Shown in pieces: positions 1 to 8,891 of a DNA stretch of 64,000 nt. Numbering within the stretch: position 1 is the stretch's first letter; each line of letters starts with the position of its first letter. The stretch lies in sequence record PV420835.1. The stretch is one strand, 5' to 3'. The notes beneath the pieces were generated by a model that was given only the letters and a program-made list of their open reading frames with translations, had not been told where the DNA came from and searched no databases. This DNA is from Acinetobacter phage phiAB441. Both the position numbers and the translations under genes were made by a program.

Positions 1-170
1 CCTTAGACAAATAAATACAACTACTTTAGTGTAAAATAATTTAATAAAACACAAAATAATTAAAATTAATTTAAATTAGTTACAATTACACAGAAATAAA
101 CTTAATTATTGACTTGTTACAATTTGATTTATCTTGTTTTAGTGTTATAATTAGTGTTCTTATAAGAAAG

Positions 171-202
171 AGGGATTAGAATGATCGATTGATCTAATCC
201 CT
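171..202. other. Perfect 10-bp inverted repeat agggattaga/tctaatccct with a 12-nt loop containing the atcgat palindrome. Hairpin in the leftmost non-coding region.
   Basis: Read directly. Arms at 171-180 and 193-202. No clean U-tract follows on either strand. Confidence 0.4.
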
Positions 203-499
203 TATATTATAAATAACCTAATAGTGTATATTAGTGTTATAGCACTAACAACTTGTACATACGGTAGTAGACTACAGCTAGCACAAACTATGCTGTTCTT
301 CTTTGTTGTGTTATATTATCTTAAACAGATTGTTTTCTTTTGTTGTTTTCTTAACAGAAAGAGAATAGAATAAGATGTTGTTTTGTTGTTGTGTTATAAT
401 GAACGAAGTGATATAATGTTTGGTGTTGATGTGTTGTTGTTTGCTCCTAAGACTATCGTCTTAGCTTGATACGAGCATTAGATTAATTGGAGATGTATT

Positions 500-670
500 A
501 TGTTAAAAGAAGCTACTTGTTTTTACTACAACGGTGAACCTCACACTATTATTTGTGCAGACCCATTGAATAGAAAATATTGGTGTGCATATGTAGATAT
601 GTATGATATGCAATATCGTTGGTTAGATATGAAGATTGTTGAAGATATTGTAGAAAAGAAACTAAAATGA
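500..670 (+). CDS. Small hypothetical protein (56 aa, Cys-rich). Not in ORF track (<60 aa).
   Basis: ATG at 500 preceded by ggag with 5-nt spacing. Open to tga at 668-670. Tandem TATAAT-like boxes (gttataatg, gatataatg) lie about 80-100 nt upstream. Confidence 0.4.
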   Translation: MLKEATCFYYNGEPHTIICADPLNRKYWCAYVDMYDMQYRWLDMKIVEDIVEKKLK

Positions 671-700
671 CTGATTGTATGGTAATTATGGAGATGTGTT

Positions 701-913
701 ATGTTGTTAGGTAAAGTATTTGTTTGTATTTCTTTATTGTTTATATTTCTAACAGTGTGTTGTATGATTTATTCTGTTTATAATGAGATGTGTTTATCTA
801 GAAAAGAAGAAAAGATATGTAGTTTTGTATATTTGGTTTCTACGATTCTGTTGATCATTTGGTTAGGTATTGGTTTAACATTTACTGGATTAAAAATATG
901 GGATGCAGTGTAG
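701..913 (+). CDS. Small hydrophobic membrane protein (2 predicted TM segments)
   Basis: ORF track. ggag RBS 7 nt upstream. Strongly hydrophobic composition. Confidence 0.5.
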   Translation: MLLGKVFVCISLLFIFLTVCCMIYSVYNEMCLSRKEEKICSFVYLVSTILLIIWLGIGLTFTGLKIWDAV

Positions 914-998
914 GATATTCTTGACTTTTAAAACAAAATGCCGTTGCTTTTGATGGCACCCCCTCCCTTCTGTTAATTTAGCAATTGTAGAGTGTTTT

Positions 999-1208
999 AT
1001 GTTTTATTTAAATTTGTTTTTAACTATTGGATTAATATCTTGTTGTGTTTCTTTAGTGTGTATTGTTATTAATGTATTGTGTTGCTACAACACACCTAAG
1101 ATTATTGAAAAGATTGGTAATGTCGCTATACCGATTAGTTTATTCTTCTTGATTATAATTCTTTGTTTTATAGTTGTTGTGTCATTAATCTCAATATGGA
1201 CTAACTAA
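999..1208 (+). CDS. Small hydrophobic membrane protein (2 predicted TM segments)
   Basis: ORF track. Hydrophobic Cys-rich sequence similar in style to 701..913. Confidence 0.45.
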   Translation: MFYLNLFLTIGLISCCVSLVCIVINVLCCYNTPKIIEKIGNVAIPISLFFLIIILCFIVVVSLISIWTN

Positions 1209-1237
1209 CCAATTAAATCTTGTAAAAATTCTTGAGC

Positions 1238-1260
1238 CACCCTCTCACGCGAGGGTGTTG
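1238..1260 (+). terminator. GC-rich hairpin caccctc-tcacgc-gagggtg followed by ttgt. Weak candidate terminator.
   Basis: 7-bp perfect stem read directly. Poor U-tract. Confidence 0.35.
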
Positions 1261-1644
1261 TAGAAAAATTGGGGGAATTGCAAATTTATTTGAAATGCGT
1301 AAATTTCGGATTTGGTGGTGGAAAAACGATCAACCATAGTTTATCTTTTTGTAGAATGAAAGGTAAAGAAATGTAATTTTTCTTGATTTACAATTATTTC
1401 TATGTTATTCACACGCACGTTCTATTTATACGAAATATGAAATGGTGCATCTCAGTCTTTCAACTGGTGAATATCCTTTGTTTCCTTGCTAGTAATGATA
1501 AAAGACAGTGGTCAATTCACCTAAATAAATGATTTTCTATAGCTATTCATAAAAGATTTAATAAAATAACTAATTAAATTATCTTTATTTTCATGTGTTT
1601 ATGATAATTTTTAGTATTATTTTAAAATTATTTAGAAAAAGTAA

Positions 1645-1673
1645 TTGCAATAAATCTAAAATTTGTTATTATG
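1645..1673 (+). promoter_or_regulatory. Sigma70-like promoter TTGCAA-16-TATTAT inside the 70-bp repeat copy 1. Drives 1720..2049.
   Basis: Hexamers read directly. AT-rich UP-like tract upstream. Second copy at 3903..3931. Confidence 0.5.
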
Positions 1674-1719
1674 GACTCATCGAAAGGCAACAAGCTAAAC
1701 AGCTTAAAGGAAATACGTT

Positions 1720-2049
1720 ATGTCAAACTTTACTATTGATACAAAACACATGAGTCGTAAACAATTAATTAACGTAGGTCGGTTAATTGCTAAAGCTGGG
1801 GAATTAGATTTTCCAATTGACAATGCAATGACTCAAGTAGGCTATAACACAATATATGGGAATACTTACTTATGGTGCGAAGACGTACAATACTCAATCT
1901 TTATCAGTGATTTTGATAGTAAGATTAAAGCTTGTTATTCATGCCCTTATGACGGAGAAGAAACAATTAGAAATTGTTCAAGTGATGAAAGATTAATGAA
2001 TAAGTGGGTAGAGAAACTTATTCAAAAGTCAGAAGCTAAAGACCAGTAA
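1720..2049 (+). CDS. Hypothetical early protein
   Basis: ORF track. RBS aaggaaa upstream. Confidence 0.55.
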   Translation: MSNFTIDTKHMSRKQLINVGRLIAKAGELDFPIDNAMTQVGYNTIYGNTYLWCEDVQYSIFISDFDSKIKACYSCPYDGEETIRNCSSDERLMNKWVEKLIQKSEAKDQ

Positions 2050-2124
2050 TAACTAAACAACCTTGCATTGTATTAATAACAATATGATGCACAATACTAA
2101 ATGATTTAGAGAAGGTGTATAAAG

Positions 2125-2457
2125 ATGAATATTTCTAATATTTACTCAGCAAGATTTGCAACATTTAATGACATTGGCACTATAGTATTGAACGATGGCA
2201 GTGAAAAATACATTAAAAGCATGAGTAATTCTACTGAGTCAATTATTTTAGTGTTCCGTGCTTATGGTAATTATAAAGATTGGTTAAAGTGTAACGGGCT
2301 TAATGATAATTTAAAATCGTGGAAATGTTTTTATAACTTAGTTTTAACGTGTGACTGGAAAAATGAGGCTGACAAAAATATTGCAACAGCTAGAAACATT
2401 TTAGAATGTCATATTAAACACCCGATTTTCTACACTAAAATGATCAATATTAAGTAA
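2125..2457 (+). CDS. Hypothetical early protein
   Basis: ORF track. RBS gagaagg. Preceded by 47-bp repeat copy 1. Confidence 0.55.
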   Translation: MNISNIYSARFATFNDIGTIVLNDGSEKYIKSMSNSTESIILVFRAYGNYKDWLKCNGLNDNLKSWKCFYNLVLTCDWKNEADKNIATARNILECHIKHPIFYTKMINIK

Positions 2458-2468
2458 GGTATGAGAAA

Positions 2469-2612
2469 ATGAAACATTATCAAATCATTCATGATGGCTT
2501 AGTTTATTGTGTAGACGTTTACGCATCATCTAAAAGAGAAGCTATTGCACAATATAGACAACAATGGAATCTTGAAGGAAAACGTATTAACTTGCAATGT
2601 TGGGAAGTTTAA
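2469..2612 (+). CDS. Small hypothetical protein (47 aa). Not in ORF track.
   Basis: ATG 2469 with gaga RBS. In-frame taa at 2610-2612. Confidence 0.3.
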   Translation: MKHYQIIHDGLVYCVDVYASSKREAIAQYRQQWNLEGKRINLQCWEV

Positions 2613-2707
2613 ATATGACATACTCATTAAACAATATGAACAACCGTGCATTGTATTAATAACAATATGATGCACAATACTAAATGAATCTTTTGGAGTA
2701 ATACAGT

Positions 2708-3112
2708 ATGAATACAATTTTAGAAACAAACAAGCTTTACTATTTTGGTGATGTCAATCCAGAATACGGCGGGGTGGTATTTCGTAAACTAGAAAACGGC
2801 AGTATTGATGCTTATGAGATTAATGAGTTTAGTCCAATAAGCTTTTGTAACTTCATTTGTAACTTAATAGTTAATGAAGACTACGAAACTATGGAACAAG
2901 TAGAAGATGCTTTTTATAATGGTGAAATGTCTATAGAAAGTTATAGCGATTTTAAATTTATGAAAAGTATTGATTGGGAGTTTACCAATGAAAGTGACAA
3001 ATCCATGATTGATAAGTTTGTTCGTTATGATTACAATATTTGGACTCTGATTAAATGTTATATTGGTGTATCTAAACACACTAAAATATACACTTATAAC
3101 GGAGTAATGTAA
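2708..3112 (+). CDS. Hypothetical early protein
   Basis: ORF track. RBS ggag. Preceded by 47-bp repeat copy 2. Confidence 0.55.
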   Translation: MNTILETNKLYYFGDVNPEYGGVVFRKLENGSIDAYEINEFSPISFCNFICNLIVNEDYETMEQVEDAFYNGEMSIESYSDFKFMKSIDWEFTNESDKSMIDKFVRYDYNIWTLIKCYIGVSKHTKIYTYNGVM

Positions 3113-3331
3113 TGTTAATCATTAATCGTTACAAATGCCCTATTACTGGTAAAACTTCATATGTGCCCATAAAGTTAATAACATGAAAGTGATTAAAAGC
3201 TACAAGCCATGTGATGAGTCCTTTATTGAAATGTTATCTCAGGGACATAAACAATTTCTTTTGTGCGACGTTCCTGCTTATAGTATGTTATCTAAAATCA
3301 ATATTGTTAAAAGTTAATGTAATCGGAGTAT

Positions 3332-3526
3332 ATGAAAATGATTAGCTTAGTATCAATACATGAAATGACAAATACACCAGATAAAAGAGAAGTACTTGAG
3401 AACCTAATGGACAGTGAAAAGTTAGAAATTATTAAACAATTAACCGATTCTAAGAGCTTTGTTGAAATTCTATATTTTATTGAATCCGCCAATGAGGATT
3501 CTAAATGGTGTCAATCGTACAGATAA
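3332..3526 (+). CDS. Hypothetical small acidic protein
   Basis: ORF track. RBS cggagtatatgaaaatg. The same RBS-start context recurs at 3554. Confidence 0.5.
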   Translation: MKMISLVSIHEMTNTPDKREVLENLMDSEKLEIIKQLTDSKSFVEILYFIESANEDSKWCQSYR

Positions 3527-3553
3527 ATTAAAAATTTTATTAAATCGGAGTAT

Positions 3554-3760
3554 ATGAAAATGATTAAATCGTTCAGTAAAAATGGCAAATATTACTACTG
3601 CAAAACAGATTTAAACAATTGGTCACAATGGGCATGTCGCCACGAAAATGGATTGGAAACATTTGCAAAAGTAAGTGTAGCATCATATAAATTGAAAAGA
3701 CAAAATGTAATTGATGCGATTGATAATGTAGAGAACCGTTATTCAAATGATGAAGTTTAA
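3554..3760 (+). CDS. Hypothetical small protein
   Basis: ORF track. Upstream context aatcggagtatatgaaaatg is identical to that of 3332. Confidence 0.5.
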   Translation: MKMIKSFSKNGKYYYCKTDLNNWSQWACRHENGLETFAKVSVASYKLKRQNVIDAIDNVENRYSNDEV

Positions 3761-3785
3761 TAGTTAAACTTTAGTTTCACCGTGC

Positions 3786-3808
3786 AGCGCCTTCATTGGC
3801 GCTTTTTA
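3786..3808 (+). terminator. Rho-independent terminator agcgcc-ttcatt-ggcgct plus TTTTT
   Basis: 6-bp GC stem plus U-run read directly. Follows the stop of 3554..3760. Confidence 0.65.
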
Positions 3809-3902
3809 TTGTCTGAATAATTAAAAAATAGTATTGCATCTCTTTATTTTCATGTATTTATGATTATTTTTATTATTATTTTAAAATTATTTAAAGAAAG
3901 TC

Positions 3903-3931
3903 TTGCATTGAGTAAGTGAAATTGTTATATT
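3903..3931 (+). promoter_or_regulatory. Sigma70-like promoter TTGCAT-17-TATATT inside the 70-bp repeat copy 2. Drives 4055..4357.
   Basis: Hexamers read directly. Paralogous to 1645..1673. Confidence 0.5.
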
Positions 3932-4054
3932 TGTTTCATCAGATGAATGATCATTGGCTAGCAAGCTCGATTGAGACAGTGCATAGATTGATCGCCACAC
4001 CTTTTTAGGATTAAGCGGCATCTGATAAGTTAAAATTAATCGGAGTAATACACT

Positions 4055-4357
4055 ATGAAAAACTTATTTATCGCTTTAATCGTTACATTGCTTGCAATCT
4101 TAAATGTAGCTTGTACAGATTCAAAAAATGATCAAGTTGAAGTAGTGGATACGGTTAAAATGTTTAATGATGCGATTGCTAATAAAGATTCTAAATCTGC
4201 TTTAGTTGCAATCGAGTTAGATGTAAAAAATGACGGTGAAGCTATCCACAAATGCAAAAAAGATACTGTTACTAAAATGTCGAAATTCATTGATAGTGAT
4301 GACTATATAGTGACATATGAAGCATTAAATGCTCAGTGTGCATTTGCTACGATGTAA
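4055..4357 (+). CDS. Putative lipoprotein (signal peptide plus lipobox LNVAC)
   Basis: ORF track. N-terminus MKNLFIALIVTLLAILNVAC fits a type II signal peptide. Confidence 0.55.
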   Translation: MKNLFIALIVTLLAILNVACTDSKNDQVEVVDTVKMFNDAIANKDSKSALVAIELDVKNDGEAIHKCKKDTVTKMSKFIDSDDYIVTYEALNAQCAFATM

Positions 4358-4401
4358 TTAAACCAAACAAACAAGCTAAACAAGCTTAAAGGAAACACAG
4401 C

Positions 4402-4587
4402 ATGGTAAATCAGAAACAATTAGCTATCGAGCTTAACGAAGCTTACATTGAGTATTACAACGATTTTCTAACAATAGAACGTTATGCAGCGTACAAAGGT
4501 TGGTCCTTGTTCTTCACTAAACAAGTAATTAAGTCAGGTCGAAAGATCAATCATAACCAAGCGTTATTAAACAAACTTTATTCATAA
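4402..4587 (+). CDS. Hypothetical protein
   Basis: ORF track. RBS aaggaaa. Confidence 0.45.
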   Translation: MVNQKQLAIELNEAYIEYYNDFLTIERYAAYKGWSLFFTKQVIKSGRKINHNQALLNKLYS

Positions 4588-4598
4588 GGAATATAACC

Positions 4599-4763
4599 AT
4601 GCTATTTAAACTTATCTTACTCGTAACAATGAATGGTAACGTATACGCTGATGTAGTAGACTATGATCTAACTAGAGAGGATTGTATTAATCAAATGGTT
4701 TATGTTAATAGTAAGTTAAAGAATGAATCTATAGAGTATATCTGTCAAGGTGAATCAGAATAG
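4599..4763 (+). CDS. Small secreted protein (54 aa, signal-peptide-like N-terminus MLFKLILLVTMNGNVYA). Not in ORF track.
   Basis: ATG 4599 with aagga RBS at 8-nt spacing. Followed directly by a terminator. Confidence 0.45.
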   Translation: MLFKLILLVTMNGNVYADVVDYDLTREDCINQMVYVNSKLKNESIEYICQGESE

Positions 4764-4783
4764 TAACCAACTAAACACACAAT

Positions 4784-4806
4784 GCCCGCTATATGCGGGC
4801 TTTTTA
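4784..4806 (+). terminator. Rho-independent terminator gcccgc-tatat-gcgggc plus TTTTT
   Basis: Read directly. Closes the rightward early block before the convergent leftward operon. Confidence 0.7.
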
Positions 4807-5292
4807 TTGCCTATAGAAAACATATCCTAGAATACTCATAATATCCTTCATTATAACGCCGTATAGCAGCTTTATAGTAATGTTATTGAATGTTAAGCTA
4901 GGGTAGTACCTTAGTGTATTAAAGTGTCTGTAATAAGCTTATATGTGTGTTTAATTGAATGTGTTGTCAGTATTGTTGTTAGCAATGTTTCTATTGTTGT
5001 ATCTCTAAATTAAATATCAAATCTTTTTTGCTTAGAGGATAGTTGTTGAGATGTTTGTTTGTGTGTTTGTTAATAAAGATATAAGAAACAATTTAAATCA
5101 AGTGCGGTGAATCTTAGAAGCTTTGCAGGGATATACCAGTGATGATAAAAAGAAAAGTGTTAATCTTTGAAGCGATATTATACGATATTTTGCTTGACAA
5201 ACCACTTGAAAAATGGTAGACGTCTCTTGGTGTTTAATGGTAGAGTATATAAATAGTCAAATTTTAAACCGTCTACACACTCCACCAACAAA

Positions 5293-6258
5293 TCAAATCA
5301 CTTCAATTTCACCTATCTTAAATTTCAAAGAAGAAACACTGATATACTGAGGAAGATCAATCATCCCACTCTTTACACCATCGAGATTACTTTTGATATT
5401 TTCTAACTTTTCTACCAACATTTTATCTTTATTTTCATCTCTAAAATTTTTTCTTTCAAAAATTTCCGATAAAGATTTTTCTAAGGTGTCAATTCGATTT
5501 TCGAGCTTCTCAATAACACACTCTCTCACGCATGTAAAAGATTTCTTACTGGCGTGTCTGACACCTCGGTTTGAAAAAGACCACGAGTATTTACCATTAA
5601 AGCTAATACCAGACATTATGTCAGTATCGTCTTTAATTAACAAACAAGCAGAATAAATAGCGTTTGCGCTTTCCCTGTCATCCCACTCTTCTTGTGTCAA
5701 CCTACCTTCACTTAAAATAGTGTGCGTATGATTTGATTCCTTTATAAAGAACTCCAAAACATCATCATCTAAACAATCAAACCACTCATCAAAAACCCTT
5801 AAAAACAACTCTCTTTTTTCTTTTACTGTTTTTGTGTGATAATTCCGAATAGAGTGATTCATATTTCTAGGAACAAAACAACATGTGTCCTCAGAATATA
5901 AATTACCATCTCCAAACAAATCTTTATCTTGCTCAAAGATTTTACCATTTTCATCTAAACACATAAAACCGTGTTTAGTTTCAGCCCAAGCAACCCAAGA
6001 ATCATAATTTGAAAACAACTCCGAACAATGTGCATCCTTATAAGCATCAAATCTTTTCTTGTAAGAACCACCTTCAGAACATCTTCCGTACATTGCTGTC
6101 CATTGTGCATAGGGTCTTGTTTTAACCCTCTTACCTCGCTCATCAAAGTAATAACAAAAATTATTCCACTTATCTGAATTTTGATAAATGACATCTCCAT
6201 CATAAACTTTAACAATCACACCCTTGTTTTCTTTTTCAATATAATCTAACTTAATCAT
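5293..6258 (-). CDS. Homing-endonuclease-like protein, AP2/HNH-associated family. Paralog of 47613..48410.
   Basis: Shares the motifs YAQW-AMYGRC and YSEDTC-F-P-N with 47613..48410. A W..M..RC motif is typical of phage AP2-HNH endonucleases. RBS aggagg. Confidence 0.55.
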   Translation of the reverse strand: MIKLDYIEKENKGVIVKVYDGDVIYQNSDKWNNFCYYFDERGKRVKTRPYAQWTAMYGRCSEGGSYKKRFDAYKDAHCSELFSNYDSWVAWAETKHGFMCLDENGKIFEQDKDLFGDGNLYSEDTCCFVPRNMNHSIRNYHTKTVKEKRELFLRVFDEWFDCLDDDVLEFFIKESNHTHTILSEGRLTQEEWDDRESANAIYSACLLIKDDTDIMSGISFNGKYSWSFSNRGVRHASKKSFTCVRECVIEKLENRIDTLEKSLSEIFERKNFRDENKDKMLVEKLENIKSNLDGVKSGMIDLPQYISVSSLKFKIGEIEVI

Positions 6259-6281
6259 TCATTTCCTCCTAAGATACTTTA

Positions 6282-6303
6282 CCCCTAACACCCACCCCAC
6301 CCC
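6282..6303 (-). other. G-quadruplex motif GGGG-T-GGGG-T-GGG-TGTTA-GGGG on the transcribed minus strand
   Basis: C-tracts read directly on the plus strand in an otherwise AT-rich intergenic region, just upstream of the HEG RBS. Confidence 0.4.
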
Positions 6304-6354
6304 AATTCCAAAAACACACTTCCAAAAATTTTTCGGAAATTATTTTAGGGAAAA

Positions 6355-6690
6355 TTATTCACTCTTGAGAGCTTGCTCTATCTTCTCTCTAATAGATATA
6401 ACATCGTTCCCTTTAATCTGATATGCGTCTAATCCATATCGCAGAGCTTCTTCTAATAGGTTTTGTAGCTCATCAATCTTTTTTTGCTGCTGACAAAACA
6501 TCAAAAAAGCAAAGCTAAAATACGCAGAATGTTGGCAGTGAAAATCGTTTTTGTGATTAATAGGTGCGTATGTTTTACCTTTGAAATACACATTATTTTT
6601 CAACCAGTTCTTGTGATCTGCACAAATTGCTATCGAAAGACTTTCAAACTCTTCTCTACATTTATGTAAATTGCGCATAATTCTCTCCAA
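6355..6690 (-). CDS. Hypothetical protein
   Basis: ORF track. In-line within the leftward operon. Confidence 0.5.
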   Translation of the reverse strand: MERIMRNLHKCREEFESLSIAICADHKNWLKNNVYFKGKTYAPINHKNDFHCQHSAYFSFAFLMFCQQQKKIDELQNLLEEALRYGLDAYQIKGNDVISIREKIEQALKSE

Positions 6691-7042
6691 TAAACTTTTT
6701 CAATTCATCACACACCCAAGACTCAATCCAATATTGTTTTTCATGAGTAAAGTCTTTCCAATCGAAGTGTTCTCGTTTTAATGTCACTGTAGCAACTTTA
6801 ACATCAGTCTCAGATTCAACAAAACCAACTTCATCGTAATCATACCACTCATCTGTTCTTTTTTGTGTATACCTTTCGTATTTACGTACAGCTTCAGGTA
6901 TTCCGTACTTACGAACAAGTACGCTGGCTAAAAATTCAAGTCTTTCGTCAACTAGACGATGTGCTTTTCGCATCTCTTGATATTCGTAAAAGAATGAAGT
7001 TGGTGTTACTTTTATATCATCATCCCAAAAATAATTATCCAT
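6662..7042 (-). CDS. Hypothetical protein
   Basis: ORF track. Confidence 0.5.
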   Translation of the reverse strand: MDNYFWDDDIKVTPTSFFYEYQEMRKAHRLVDERLEFLASVLVRKYGIPEAVRKYERYTQKRTDEWYDYDEVGFVESETDVKVATVTLKREHFDWKDFTHEKQYWIESWVCDELKKFIGENYAQFT

Positions 7043-7044
7043 AT

Positions 7045-7314
7045 TTATTCCTTATTTATAACAGGGTCTTGATCTGTACATATACTCTTTCCGCAAGCAT
7101 GACTTGATTCAATTGAATTAATATTCAAGTTTTTTGGACAGACCCAATATCTATCTCCTTTAAATAAATATTTAGTACAACCAATTGAGTTCACTTCTAG
7201 AACATATGGTGTTGTTTTTCCTCTATCTCTTCCATTTGCTGATATACCAATTAACACGGAGAATGGTATTAATATCATCATAACTCCTATCATTACCAAA
7301 TGCCACAACCTCAT
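7045..7314 (-). CDS. Membrane protein (N-terminal TM, Cys-rich C-terminus)
   Basis: ORF track. Hydrophobic N-terminus. Confidence 0.45.
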   Translation of the reverse strand: MRLWHLVMIGVMMILIPFSVLIGISANGRDRGKTTPYVLEVNSIGCTKYLFKGDRYWVCPKNLNINSIESSHACGKSICTDQDPVINKE

Positions 7315-7323
7315 TTTACTCTC

Positions 7324-7536
7324 CTAAATTTCCCTCTTCCATTTGTCATAAAACTCTAACAAATCTTTTGTTGTACCAAACCACCCAACAAACACTGTTC
7401 TTATCACGCCTTTATCATCAATTAAGATGTGTCCAGCATGAAATACTACATTGTATTCCAACATGTAATAATGTGTAAGTTCTAAAGGTTCATTATCTTT
7501 GATTCTATGTATGTTATTAAATAGATAACTCATCAC
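7324..7536 (-). CDS. Hypothetical protein
   Basis: ORF track. Confidence 0.45.
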   Translation of the reverse strand: MMSYLFNNIHRIKDNEPLELTHYYMLEYNVVFHAGHILIDDKGVIRTVFVGWFGTTKDLLEFYDKWKREI

Positions 7537-7718
7537 TTACCTCCAACATACAATGGTACTTGTTGAAAATCACATCTGACTACTCTTGTCGATGTCTCAT
7601 GAAACTTCTTTTGTTTCACACACAATTCTCTTGTTGCATATGTTAGTTGATAATTAACTGACTTCTCATATTGTGCATCATACACTGTTAATACCCATAC
7701 TGTCAACCATGTAATCAT
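7533..7718 (-). CDS. Hypothetical protein
   Basis: ORF track. Start overlaps the next gene's stop. Confidence 0.4.
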   Translation of the reverse strand: MITWLTVWVLTVYDAQYEKSVNYQLTYATRELCVKQKKFHETSTRVVRCDFQQVPLYVGGK

Positions 7719-8131
7719 AAATCATACTCCTTCTTCAATTGTTCCAATTCTTCCCAAGTATTCCAAGTTTTACTTGTTGATGCTAAACCATATTGTCTAG
7801 GTAAGAAACTTAATTCACCACATCGGTCATAACACACTTCATACCATTTAATCCACAACTGACTATCCTTGAGACTACCAAATTCATCACCCTTAACAAT
7901 TGTGATGTCTTTATCCCAACCATACTCTTTATAAACTCTATTGTTGTACCATTGACAATCTTGATTGAAGAGGTTATGTGGATTATAGAATGAATAACTT
8001 TTCTTCGTGTACACTTTGTTGAACATAGTTTTAAGTTTACCTAACTCCTCTTCACTAAACTCATTAACAATTAGTTTATCAACATTAGTACAGGCTTTTA
8101 TTAAGTTTAACATATCAGTTAATATTTTCAC
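7715..8131 (-). CDS. Hypothetical protein
   Basis: ORF track. Confidence 0.5.
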   Translation of the reverse strand: MKILTDMLNLIKACTNVDKLIVNEFSEEELGKLKTMFNKVYTKKSYSFYNPHNLFNQDCQWYNNRVYKEYGWDKDITIVKGDEFGSLKDSQLWIKWYEVCYDRCGELSFLPRQYGLASTSKTWNTWEELEQLKKEYDL

Positions 8132-8334
8132 AAATTAACCCTCCCAAGATCAGACGAATATTTCATATACTTATCAATACGTTCTTTCTTTTCAGCTACA
8201 GCTTTCCAATCAATATTATCAAAGTCGAAATCAAAATCATACTCATAATTTAAATATTGCACAACAGCAATAAATCCTTTCAAGATAGAGTCTCCAAATA
8301 AATTAAATAAGTAAAAAGTAAAGCTAATATACAA
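8128..8334 (-). CDS. Hypothetical protein. Start uncertain because it overlaps 8280..8462.
   Basis: ORF track. DFDFDFD repeat. N-terminal part may be untranslated. Confidence 0.35.
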   Translation of the reverse strand: MYISFTFYLFNLFGDSILKGFIAVVQYLNYEYDFDFDFDNIDWKAVAEKKERIDKYMKYSSDLGRVNL

Positions 8335-8462
8335 TCAATAATCTTACGAATCCAGAAAGTCACTTTTTCTGTGTAACTTGTATAGGTAATTACAAATAAG
8401 TATAAAAATGCAATTGTAAAAGCTAACAATATAAACATAACAACCTCAAAGTGTAGATGCAC
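8280..8462 (-). CDS. Small membrane protein (2 TM)
   Basis: ORF track. Strongly hydrophobic. Confidence 0.35.
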   Translation of the reverse strand: MHLHFEVVMFILLAFTIAFLYLFVITYTSYTEKVTFWIRKIIDCILALLFTYLIYLETLS

Positions 8463-8787
8463 TAACTAAGTATTTACCTTTCTCACCAAACATGTCATCA
8501 ACTACAGCTTGTGCAAAACGATAATCTTTAGCTTTAATAAATACACGATTACCAAAAGCATTTTTAATGTGATACTTGTACTTAGGAAACTTATTGTTTC
8601 TAGGAGCGTGACAACTAATAAAAACAACTTTCTTTTTACCTTCATACTCAAATGTATATTGAGATACTCCACCGTTCACAAGAATTCTTTCATCAAATAT
8701 TACAACTTCCTTTTTTTCTTTCTTCTTAACCACCTTCAAGTCTTGTTTCTTTGATGCTTTCAATAAGGCTTGTAACATTGCAGTCAT
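8446..8787 (-). CDS. Hypothetical basic protein
   Basis: ORF track. Lys-rich N-terminus. Confidence 0.5.
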   Translation of the reverse strand: MTAMLQALLKASKKQDLKVVKKKEKKEVVIFDERILVNGGVSQYTFEYEGKKKVVFISCHAPRNNKFPKYKYHIKNAFGNRVFIKAKDYRFAQAVVDDMFGEKGKYLVSASTL

Positions 8788-8891
8788 TTAAATCTCCAGA
8801 TAACACTATGTGTTTTACATTAAACATTTCTACAGACAATAATAAAGCGACACTCAACTAATGTCAAGTGTCGCTTATGATAAATTTGTAA

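Noticed and set aside
2057-2104. Reading the 47-bp repeat as a sigma70 promoter
   Set aside because: TTGCAT is present, but no acceptable -10 hexamer lies at 16-18 nt spacing. Kept as repeated leader or hairpin element.
2526-3492. Minus-strand ORFs 2526-2729, 2864-3079, 3307-3492 and 5393-5656/5955-6215/6484-6669/6865-7107/8509-8754/10781-11008
   Set aside because: Antisense to operon direction. They overlap better-supported genes and have no RBS.
5160-5250. Promoter TTGACA-17-TAGACG near 5199
   Set aside because: Poor -10. It lies in a convergent region where no downstream gene on the plus strand exists.
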